From the NCBI RefSeq assembly GCF_006345805.1, contig NC_043004.1, positions 4,402,001-4,466,000 of the forward strand: a DNA stretch of 64,000 nucleotides, written 5' to 3'. Under the pieces are notes generated by a model. The model saw only the letters and a list, made by a program, of their open reading frames with translations. It searched no databases and was not told where the DNA came from. Shown here one piece after another: positions 40,154-51,133 of this stretch. The position numbers and the translations under genes were made by a program. The stretch's first letter is position 1. Each line of letters opens with the position of its first letter. This stretch comes from Octopus sinensis (lineage: Eukaryota).

Positions 40154-40303
40154 CACACACACACACACAAACACACTCCCCTCTATCTTTTATGCATACA
40201 CACACACACATGCTTTTCGTAATTGTTCGATTTGTAATAGTTAATCCTTTCTACGAAAGGCACAAGGCCTGAAATTTTTTGGGAAGGGGACCAGTTCGTA
40301 ATT
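39364..40303. repeat. Long inverted repeat (~315-bp arms, 305-bp spacer)
   Basis: 39364-39684 is the reverse complement of 39990-40303. The arms include a SINE tail, (GT)n(GA)n and ~110 bp of unique sequence. Confidence 0.85.
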
Positions 40304-41195
40304 GGTACTTATTTCATCGACCCCGAAAGGATGAAAGGCGAAGTCGATCGCGGCTGAATCTGAAAATCAGAAGGTAAGGACGGACGAAATGCCGTTAAGC
40401 ATTTTCCCCGGCATGCTAACTATCCTTTCAGCTCGGAAAATAAATACAACAATGTGGGTGTATAATTCCCGGTTACAAAGTCTCAGCAAGAATTAAATAA
40501 TTTTAGTTTCCGTATATAATCTCAGATCAAATCACTTGCCTAAGAAGTGCTATTCAAACTAAAATTTTTTTCTCTCAACATTTAATCAATATATATTTTT
40601 TTTAAACAAGGTAGATATATTTTATTTTCTAGTTTTGAATTGTCTGCAGTGGGGGGAGGGGTGTCAACTCTAAAGGGAGATAATTCCAGTAAGACATTAT
40701 TGTTTAATTATGCGCATGTCAATACCATTTCACAGTGAAGATATTGCAATTTTATATTCAAGGAGGATAACTCTGGGTTCTCAGTATTTCAGCAAAACTT
40801 GGTTATGAAATTAAGTTGGGAAAATAATTCCTGAAAGAAAATAAATATAATGTATTTTCTCATCTACCGCTTTATGTTGGAATACGATTTTAGATCATAT
40901 TTCATTAATTCATAAGCTAAAAGAACAAGTAATTTACAATACAATATTTCTTTTCAATTGTCATTGTGAAATAGAAGTAAACCAGAGTAATGCACCTTGT
41001 TTTCGGGGACCCGCACGATAGCAACAAAGGAGATTAAACGCCCTTTACTTTTGTGACAGCTCACCACTTGGTTCTTGATAATCGATTGGTTAGACTGTTG
41101 TCATAAGAAAAGACTGTTCTTTGTTTAGGATCACAACACTTAAACCTAATATGTATTTATGTGTTTAAACATACATGTATCTCTTCTCCGTGTTT

Positions 41196-41231
<36 letters not shown>

Positions 41232-41340
41232 GGTATGTATCTATGTATGTGTACACATATATATATATATACATATATATATATAGGTATGTATCTATGT
41301 ATGTGTACACACAGACACATACAAAATGTATATATAGATA

Positions 41341-41650
41341 GGCGCAGGCGTGGCTGTGTAATAAGAAACTTGCTTCCCAACTACATGGTTCCAGGTTCAG
41401 TCCCATAGCGTGTCCCCTTGGGCAAGTGTCTTTTCCTAAAGCCTTGGGCTGACCAAAACTTTGTGAGCGAGTGTGTGTCTGAGTTGGTCCCCCACCATCG
41501 CTTGACAACCGGTGTTACTGTGTTTACGTCCCCGTGACTTAGCGGTTCGACAAAAGAAATCGATAGAATTTGTACCAGGCTTAAAAAAATTACTGGTGTT
41601 GAATCATTCAACTGACTGTAGTCTAATGACTGAAACAAGTAATAAAATAA
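41341..41650 (+). mobile_element. tRNA-SINE family A copy
   Basis: Match to 920-1335. Confidence 0.75.
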
Positions 41651-43950
41651 AAGATATATATATATATCTTTTATATTTCTCCCTATATATATATACGAGC
41701 AAGACGCCACCCGTCCAATGGACGGTGCTGAGTTGTCAAACATTTAAACCAAATTTTCTCAAAACAACTTCTCCGACCGTCCCATAGGCCTCCCCTTTGT
41801 GAAACACTGGATTAACCTAAATTTGAGACACCAGCAAAAGAAGAAATAAAGATAAACTTTTTTCTCTATTCCAAAGAAAAACGATTTTATTCACACAAAT
41901 ATGCAACCAAAGAGTTTAAAGTACCAGTAATGATAAGGCTGTTGACTGGGAGAACACAAACATGGTTTAAACAGTTCTTCTCATTAAAAAATAATTAAGC
42001 ATGCCTTTATTTCAATAAAATTTCTGGTTTTGTTAAATGAAGTTAAGGCAAAAAAAAATAGTCTTTCCTTCCTTCATGCCAAGTTTGAAGAAAATATCTC
42101 TTTTGCATCTTACTTTTTTGGTCTCTTAAATATACTCCATTTTGTGGCATTATTTCAAGCCAGCCGGCTTTTTTTGCGCAAACTGCACGTCCAGTTTTCT
42201 CACGTATGCATAGTATCGATCGCAACAGCTGATGTACTTGCATGTACCAATGCACGTTCCCACGGCTTTATCAATTGCATTCTCACCTGGAATCAATTTT
42301 TGTAATTTTTTCAAGACTTATACACATTCTGATACCGTCGGTGTCTACATATCAAATTTGAGCATAATCGGATGGAGGATGCCCGAGATCCTAGAAGATA
42401 CACACAGACAGACAGAACGGATTTTATATAATATATATATAGGGAGAGAGAGAGAGAGAGATTGTTCTGTGTTCACCATTTGATCTTGGCAGAAATTTTT
42501 CTCATCTGAGAAAAACCAAACCATGTTCGGTTGGAGGGGATGCTTGAGTTTGTTAAAAAGTTTCATAGCACTGTCTTACCTCTTGTCCTTGATGGTTTCA
42601 GATAAAAATTGGCTCTTTCTCATCTTGTATGAAGAATACCAAATGTCTTCATGCCCTACCTGCTTGATAAAATTGCTCAGACACTTCCATGTCCCTGGTA
42701 ATGGACCTGATTGACTTGGAGGGATCGCTGTCAAAAAGGTCCATAGGTAAAAAATTGTTCAGAACCCCTTGTCTAAAGAGATCATTGTTTAAGGCAAACA
42801 CAGATTTCTTTGGTTTTTGTTCTTTTAGGATTCCTGGCAGAACTTATCTGACAACACAACTGCTATTAACATACAAGTCCTGTAATGGACTCCAAAACTC
42901 TCTGTGAACCATTGTGCTTTTAGCATAGACAATCATTTGTTATTTCTTAAGAACATATCTGATTCCCAATTTCTTGACATTGTTCCATTTAGATTGATCA
43001 TTTGTGATCAAGAACTAAAGAAATTTAAAAGCAGAATGTACTGTATAGCCTTCAGAATGGAGTATGGCAACATTATCAGGAGAAAAACTGCAACATCAAA
43101 GAAGCAAATTTCAGCTTCTTTGTTATCAAACCCTGTTGCAAAAAGCAAAAGAGATTCTTCTCTGCTCTGTAGTGAGTTTGGGTGCATTTTCATTGACATA
43201 TGCTATTAATGTGTCAACAGAAAATGATACCTCTTTCAAAAGTTATGTTGATGGATCTTTAACTTTAGTGTATTTAGTTTTAATGATGTCATATTTGAAG
43301 TTTTTGGATATTTATATTCAGCTGTGTGCACTGTTTTCATACTGGAATACACTTGGTGAATTTGGTGCTTGAAATCTTTGGCAAGGTTATCATGATACTT
43401 GAACAAAAACTGAAGCAGGTTGGATGATTTACAGCATTTTGACAGTAAATTGAAAAGAACCCTAAGATTTTTGGATGTTTGAAATACAGAAGTTCCTAAT
43501 TATGTTACATCCCACTGACCATCATTCGCTAGAAATTCAAGGAAAAGCCAAACCTCTCTGTTGGTGTGTTGTAAACTTAGCCACTAACTATTCAAATATG
43601 TTGAAGTGAATTTAAGCCTAGCACTTTACATAAAAGAAATTGTAGAATGAAACATTCATATTGGACTGGTGTGTACAATCTACTCTCTTCCAATAACACT
43701 GTCAAAACTTGCAATTTTTTTTTTTTGCCTCCATTGCTTCTTTCCTCTGTGTGTGATATGATGAAACTTGAAGGTACAGCAATGTTTTTGTAAATGAGGA
43801 AAACAGTTGTAAGTATATGTCCTTTGGACTGCTTGCTGTACAGCATTTGTCTGAACAAAGTAATTTTGTTACACATTTTCAAATGGACAACAACTTGTTG
43901 AATATACATTATTTACATTTGACAGATATTTGTCCTCATATTGTTTGTTG

Positions 43951-43995
43951 TTAACATGTTTCGGCTGATATACCCTCCAGCCTTCTTCAGGTGTC
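43951..43995 (-). ncRNA. Hammerhead copy, probably inactivated (stem I 3' strand deleted)
   Basis: gacacCTGAAGAaggctggagggtatatcagccGAAACatgttaa. Confidence 0.5.
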
Positions 43996-44060
43996 TTGGG
44001 GAAATTTCGAACCTGGGTTCTCATTCCTAAGGTATTTTTCAATGTTGTTGTTGTTGTTGA

Positions 44061-44124
<64 letters not shown>

Positions 44125-44263
44125 GTTATTATTATTCAGGTCACTGCCTGGAATCGAACTCGGAATCTTGAGGCTAGTAGCCTGTACTCTTAAACCACTA
44201 CGCCATAATAACAACATTGAAAAATACCTTAGGAATGAGAACTCAGGTTCGAAATTTCCCCAA

Positions 44264-44309
44264 GACACCTGATGAAGGCTGGAGGGTATATCAGCTGAAA
44301 CGTTGTGTT
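44264..44309 (+). ncRNA. Minimal type I hammerhead ribozyme (CUGAUGA core)
   Basis: gacacCTGATGAaggctggagggtatatcagctGAAACGTTgtgtt, with a G-U closing pair in stem II. Confidence 0.7.
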
Positions 44310-44949
44310 AACAACAAACAAGATGAGGACAAATATCCGTCAAATGTAAATAATGTAAATAATGTATATAATTCCTCATCTCTTAAATATAGCACTTGTT
44401 GAATGTTAGGGATATCTTCCTGGATGGCAAAGATAAAAGAAAAAAAGGCAAGAATTTTTCATTGCCGCAGACGTTTTGTCTTTGCTTGTATCAGGTGGCT
44501 TCATTGAAGAGGTTTTGCTATTTCAGGGCCACCATTACTGCATCAGGTTCCTTAATGGCATATTTTTAGATAAATCTGATGGACATTATTGCATTGCAAA
44601 ACTTAAAATTGATGTGTGCATTAAATATGTTGGTCAGCAGTGGGCTGTTACTCTGGTGTTTATATTCTATAAAAGGTATATCCATCTTCATCTGTTTGGG
44701 TGTTCTTGACAAATGGTCTTGGAAACTTTGGGGAGATATTAGTTGGCTTATACACTAAGTGAAATTCTGTTAAATACACCACAAGGGCCATGGCCAGTTG
44801 GCCGTAACAATATTTAAGAGTTCTTTATATTTGCAAGGATCTTGAAGCTTTGCATTTATTATGAAATCAATATGTTTGGAAGAAATCTTATGATGGTTTT
44901 AGGTAAAAGAAAATACTGGAGGATCAGTTCATTATGATTTTATTCAAAA

Positions 44950-45251
44950 CTAGCAGTATCGCCCAGCGTTGCTCGGGTTTGTAAGGGAAATAACTATATA
45001 AGCATTTTTAGAGAGTTACTTCCCTTATATAACCCGAGCAAAAATCATAAAAAATGCGGAAAAATGATGGTAAATTTTTTTTTAAATCGTAGACTCATCG
45101 TAGACGCGTGCTAATACCTAGAAGGGCTCGATATGAATGACGACTATAAGATACCCGCTTTTCGTTAAACTGCACCGCAAAATTGGGAGTAGTTAGGAAT
45201 CTAATCGGAGGACAGAGTCTCAAACACACTACTTCAATTTTATTATAAAGA
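44950..45251 (-). mobile_element. Non-autonomous Helitron nested in a mariner MITE
   Basis: 5' TC and 3' CTAG preceded by the hairpin cccgagcaacgctggg. Inserted at A|T without TSD, splitting the MITE 44895-45388. Confidence 0.8.
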
Positions 45252-45826
45252 TATTCTCCTCTCAGATTTACACACTTATTGCAGTGGTCCTTCAGTTTTT
45301 CTAAGCCCTGTAAAAGAACTCAGAAGGTTGGGCTTCTAACCAGGCCTTTTGCAATACCCTTAAGCCAGGACTTTCCAGCAACCCCTCACTGCATTTGTTA
45401 ACCAGATCAAAATGTATGCACTCAAATAGGAGGCCTTTTTCTTTCCTGTGGGGATCAATGATGGAAACCTAATTTGCATAAATTATAACATTAAAATGTC
45501 GGGCCACATTTGATCACGATTATATGAACTCACATACATAAAACTTTAGTTCCTAATTAAATTAATTATAAATCAGTCATGTCAGTTCAGTTGCTGAAGC
45601 ATGTACCAGCATAATCAGCAGGCAGCTTTACATTAATCAAGTCTTTTGCTAAAAGTTACTTTGCAGGAGAGAGAGAGAGAGACAAAAAAGAGAAAGAGAA
45701 AATTTGGAAGTAACAAGCTTTCAATGGGAAACACGAAGAAGACAAATGTGTAAAACAAGCTGAGTAAAAAGTGGTCGGATGGTTGCACTCATAGACAAAT
45801 TTTCCCAATATGATATATAATATATA

Positions 45827-46551
45827 CTAGCATTAAAGACCTGTTGTTGCCGGGTCATAGTGCTAGTGCATGTATATATGTGTATATATATGTGTACATT
45901 TTACATGTACATCTATATATATACATCTACAATAAAATGCAAAACAAATTTATATCTTGATATCGCTAGTGATAACAATACTGAAGATATATAACAGACT
46001 GGATTTTAGCTCTTCTTTTTTCTCTACATTGTATACTTTATAGACAATAGTCTTTTCTTTAATTTAATTTTTTATTATCCATCTGAACTATTCCATTTCT
46101 GCATGCTAATTTTATTTTTAATTTATTCCATTCATGTGAAACCACTTATTCAAGTTCAAATCCTTGACGCAATTTTATATCAATTGCTATTTTACTTTTG
46201 TTATGTTACGATTATATTATACTTTAGTTTGATTTTAATTTTACTTACTACATATAATTCAATTGTTATTATTATTTTTATTGTTAAAGCGAAAGTATCT
46301 GACATAAAATAGAGAAATGTTTTTGTTTCACTTTTAACACGTAATACTGAAATAGTGGAGAAGATATGATATTGCCATGGGCTCGCCCTAGGCAAGAAGC
46401 TGAACATTTTTTTGCCCATGGAAATACATGGACCCTAAGTGAGGCATGTGTAAAATTTGAATGAAATTGGTTGTGTAGTTCTCAAGTTTTAGGGAAACAC
46501 ACAGACAGACAGACAGACAGACACACATTCTCAGTTTTATATATATAGAGA
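45827..46551 (-). mobile_element. Non-autonomous Helitron
   Basis: 5' a|TCTCTATAT with (TGTC)n, and 3' hairpin gacccggcaacaacaggtc followed by CTAG|t. Confidence 0.7.
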
Positions 46552-46628
46552 TAAATAGTGATATTATTATTTATTAATAATAATAATATAGGTGGCTAGT
46601 TAGCAAATCAAAAACAAAAAAGCAAATT

Positions 46629-46846
46629 TATAAACAAGGGTACTAGATAGCACCAGCGTTGCTAGAAATGAGAGTCAAAATGACTTAATTAGTCACAATT
46701 AGGGATCTCCATTGCTTTGGTATGTTGGCGTTTATTTTTCACTCCTGATTTCATCAGCCTATTAACTTTCAGTACTATTGTGACTAATTGAGTTGTTTTT
46801 GACCCTCATTTCTAGCAATGCTGGTGCTATCAAGTAACCCTTGTTA

Positions 46847-46848
<2 letters not shown>
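46629..46848. mobile_element. ~220-bp MITE with ~67-bp TIRs
   Basis: aacaagggtactagatagcaccagcgttgctagaaatgag.. / ..ctcatttctagcaatgctggtgctatcaagtaacccttgtt, with TA flanks. Confidence 0.75.
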
Positions 46849-46892
<44 letters not shown>

Positions 46893-47154
46893 CACCAATA
46901 TTATCTCCCGCTTCTTCCTAGCTCTCCTAGGTGAGCCCTCTGTCCATCATTCACCATGATAGATCGCTAGCCACTACACATTCTTATGTTTTCTCTCTTT
47001 GTTTCTTTCTGGTTCCTTTCTGTGGAAGAGCATAGGCTCGAAATGTTAAAGACTTTTTTTACTTTCTGAGCATTATACTAATACATCTGTTTGTTGTCTA
47101 CACCACCTCTCTTCGTCTTTTTTTTGTGAATTCTCCCCCTATATGTATACATAT

Positions 47155-47193
<39 letters not shown>

Positions 47194-47199
47194 ATAATA

Positions 47200-47302
<103 letters not shown>

Positions 47303-47559
47303 GTGCATATATGCATGTATGTATGTATGTGTGTATGTATGTATGTATGTATGTACACATGCATGCTAGCAAGCAAGCAGTATATATGGAGAAAATTTCT
47401 CCAAGACAAAATACAGTGAATAGCTTTTTTATGGACTTGAATATGCCTCAAGCATATTGAACAGGTAGCAAGTTTGTTTTATCAACATCACCACTTAGTG
47501 CAATTGCCCCATTATATATAAATATATATATTTACCAATAGAAGAGGCAGACCATGGAA

Positions 47560-48240
47560 GAGGCAGACCCAAGAAAACCTGGGACAAGGTGGTGAAGCAT
47601 GACCTTCGAACTTTAGGTCTCACCGAGGAAATGACTAGAGACTGAGACCTTCAGAAGTATGCTGTGCATGAGAAGACCCGGCAGGACAAGTGAGACCATA
47701 ACCCGTGGCCTCTACATGGGATTTAGGCAGTCCACTTATGCATACCTTTCCTTCTTGGGACACAAAACTCTACTTGTGAAGACCTGTTGAGGCAAGTGAA
47801 AATCCAAATAAAAATCGAAATCGATCAACATCAATGGGAATTGCAGCTGTGATACCAGTACCGGTGGTACATAAGAGAACCGTCCGAATGTGGCTGTTGC
47901 CAGCACCACCCCGACTGGCCTCGTGCCAGGGCACGTAAAAAGCACCATCCAATCGTGGCTGTTGCCAGCCTCGCCTGGCCCCCGTGCGGTGGTGGCACGT
48001 AAAAAGCACCATCCGATCATGGCCGTTTGCCAGCCTCATCTGGCACCTGTGCCGTGGCACGTAAAAAGCACCCACTACACTCACGGAGTGGTTGGCGTTA
48101 GGAAGGGCATCCAGCCATAGAAACATTGCCAGATCAGACTGGGCCTGGTGCTGCCTTCTGGCTTCCAGACCCCAGTTGAACCGTCCAACCCATGCTAGCA
48201 TGGAAAGCGGATGCTAAACGATGATGATGATGATGATGAT
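47560..48240 (+). mobile_element. RTE LINE 3' end with tandem-repeat 3' UTR
   Basis: GRGRPKKTWDKVVKHDLRTLGL.. C-terminus, three ~62-bp units and a (GAT)n tail. Confidence 0.8.
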
Positions 48241-48569
48241 AGAAAACAAAGATAGGAAAATTAGAAGTTGAAAATGCACTGAGAATAGTTAAAATATTTA
48301 AAGCATTAACCGGTTTCACAGTTTACACTGCTTTTCAAAAAGTTCAAATAGAAAGGCACGGTTCATGTTGCAGCTGTCTTGTTTCTGACTTGTGTTTGAA
48401 GTTTGCCCTGTTTTATAGGTTGCTCATGGCTCAAATTAATATATGTTTTGAATAGGATTTGATTGGTAGAGGATAGTTGCATGAGTGGTCTTAGAAATTT
48501 TTGTAGGTTCCCTGCTACGTCAGTGTGTTAGTATCAGGTGACAATGTTTGGTGTTGTGTGTTAAGGCTG

Positions 48570-49500
48570 ACACAGTTGTGCATTTGAAATACACAAAATG
48601 ATCAGAAGTGAAAGACAATCAAAGTCCCTAAAAACATTCCTCACAAGTGCTAAATTATCTTCTACAATTCCTACACCAACAGTCAAAAAATGTGGCCACC
48701 CCAATTGTGGGACCCGCATTGACCTTATTGAAGACACAACTTGAAAATTCAAATCAGGTCAGACTTTCACCATAAAAAAATCAGTTTACATGTTATTCAA
48801 GGAATTTAATATGTTATCAAATGTCAAGGATGTAATGAAGATTACATAGGTCAAACAAAGCTTACTCTAAGATATAAACTGACCATTCACTGACAACAAA
48901 TATGGGACCCCAATACTAGACAGATCCCACTGAGTGGTCACATAGACATATGTGCAAAAAAATAAGTCTCCCAAATTCCAGGTCTTCCCACTCTACCTAT
49001 GATTTCCGTAGATTGCTCGGAAATCTCCTGTAGATTGCCCGGAAATCGCCAGGAGATTGCCTGGAAATCGCCAGGAGATTGCTCGGAAATCGCCTGGAGA
49101 TTGCCTGGAAATCGCCCGGAGGTTGCCCAGAAACCGCCTGGAGGTTTCCTGGAAACCGCCCGTAGATTGCCCGGAAATCGCCCGTAGATTGCCTGGAAAT
49201 CACCCAGATAAACAAAGAAAATACTTTCACACATAAGTACAAATGAAGATTTAACAGAGTACAAACACAAATAACTATTCACACACAAAATTCAATCTGC
49301 CATTTATCATGAGGAAGCTACACAGCTAACAACGTAAATTTTAACCACTGGAGTACATACGAATGACTCCTATCCACTCTCACACGAGACAGATTAAATT
49401 TGGTCTGCCTTGATTATAACTAAACATATTCACTCAACCGTATTAGCCCTCTTTTTAGGCTCAAAATATATTCTCATGTGATACTAACAGGATATGTACA
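48570..49500 (+). mobile_element. Penelope-like element 3' part (GIY-YIG endonuclease remnant and probable pLTR)
   Basis: KKCGHPNCGT..FTCYSRNLIYVIKCQGCNEDYIGQT..QIPLSGHIDICAKNKSPKFQVFPLYLM..INKENTFTHKYK, with frameshifts and stops. Confidence 0.8.
49008..49205 (+). repeat. 22-bp minisatellite, 9 copies
   Basis: Unit gtagattgcccggaaatcgccc; 198 bp = 9 x 22. Confidence 0.9.
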
Positions 49501-50295
49501 AAGGTTATAAATTTAATCATGTGTTCATTCTCTACAAACACTCAACAGAAAACATTCAGGGCATTGATTGTTTGGACTTGTTCAGTCAACCGTGTTAGCC
49601 TTAACTTATGATGGTTCATAGGAGATTTTATCTCTGGACGACTACAACAATAAATTTTGTTTATCATATCATGTATGACACAAACACACACACACTCATA
49701 CATGCATACATACACACACACATACACACATACACATGTGCATGCACACACACACACATATATGTAGGCACATGGCCTAGTGGTTAGGTGTTACACTAAT
49801 GACTGCAAGATCATGGTTATGGTTTTGATTCCTGAACCAGGCAGTGCATTGTGTTGTTGAGCAAAGCACTTCATCTTGCATTGCTCTATAATCACTTTGA
49901 CCTCTGACATAAGGTGCATAGTGCATATGTACAGGCAATGTTGATTTGATACATACAACACAAACATTAGATTGCTATAAATAAATCATCTGAGCTGGTT
50001 GTTCAGCAAGGAATTGCAGAACTCTCATCTGTCATCCATGACAGGAGAGTCAGCTATCCATCCGTCCGTCCGTCCGTCCAGCCATCCATCCATCCATCCA
50101 TCCATCCTTCCATCCATCTGTCTATATACATATGTACATACACACACACACACATATATAAAGTAAAAAGTAAAAGAGTCAAAAAGAAGAGTAAATACGG
50201 TGACGCAGCTTTTTAATCACTACATATTTCGATACATACAGATCCTCGTATGAGCAGGGTTTTAAAGTTTAAATATATACATATATATATATATG

Positions 50296-51090
50296 AGGAG
50301 ACTGTTGAGTCAAGTGCATGTACATGAGAATTGAACCAAATATCAATGGAAACAGTAGTTAGTTTGTGATACCTGTGCCGGTGACACATAAAAAGCACCA
50401 TCCGAACGTGGCCGTTGCCAGTGCAGCTTCCACTGGCTTCTGTGCCGGTGGCACATAAAAAGCTCCATCCGAACGTGACCGATGCCAACCCCGCCTCGAA
50501 TGGCTTCTGTGCCGGTGGCACATGAAAAGCACCATCCGAACGTGGCCGATGCCAGCACCGCCCCGACTGGCTTCTTGTGCCGGTGGCACATAAAAAGTAC
50601 CATCCGAGCGTGGCCGACACAAGCACCGCCTCGACTGGCTTCTGTGGCACCAACCGATCGTGGGATCCCGGAACATCTCGCTGTGCTTGAGGAGACCTGT
50701 TGAGTCAAGTGCATGTACATGAACATCGAAACAAATATCAATGGAAACAGTAGTTGTGATGCCTGTGCCGGTGACACATAAAAAGCACCATCCAAACGTG
50801 GCCGATGCCAGCACCGCCTTGACTGCCTTCTGTGCCAGTAGCACATAAAAAAAAAAGCACCAACCGATCGTGGCCGATGCCAGACCCCTCTGGCACCTGT
50901 GCAGGTGGCACGTAAAAAGCACCCACTACACTCGTGGAGTGGGTGGCGTTAGGAAGGGCATCCAGCTGTAGAAACATTGCCAGACAGACTGGAGCCTGGG
51001 GCAGCCCCTGGCTCCCCAGACCCTGGTCGAACCGTCCAACCCGTGCTAGCGTGGAAAACGGACGTTAAACGATGATGATGATGATGATGA
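50296..51090 (+). mobile_element. RTE-type 3' UTR element with expanded and internally duplicated ~62-bp array
   Basis: The block gagac(c)tgttgagtcaagtgcatgtacatg occurs at ~50298 and ~50692; (GAT)n tail. Confidence 0.8.
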
Positions 51091-51091
51091 T

Positions 51092-51133
<42 letters not shown>

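Larger units (their letters stand above)
43904..44393. mobile_element. Head-to-head inverted dimer of the hammerhead tRNA-SINE (locus 2)
   Basis: Copy with the full head on minus (43904-44205) plus a headless copy on plus (44206-44393). TSD acttgttgaat at 43893-43903 and 44394-44404. Confidence 0.85.
42570..44830 (-). pseudogene. Helitron RepHel fossil, interrupted by the hammerhead-SINE dimer
   Basis: Decayed motifs in the expected order: GPCG..FPRPFVKNTQTDEDG, SIRFI*KYAIKEPDA, RLYT..ECFILQFLL..LANDGQWD, EGYTVHSAFK (helicase Ia), PKRTKTKEICVCLK. Confidence 0.75.

Noticed and set aside
47880-51000. CRISPR-like regular arrays (~62-bp and 22-bp units)
   Set aside because: No unique spacers, no cas genes and a eukaryotic context. 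The units belong to an RTE 3' UTR and a PLE ORF.
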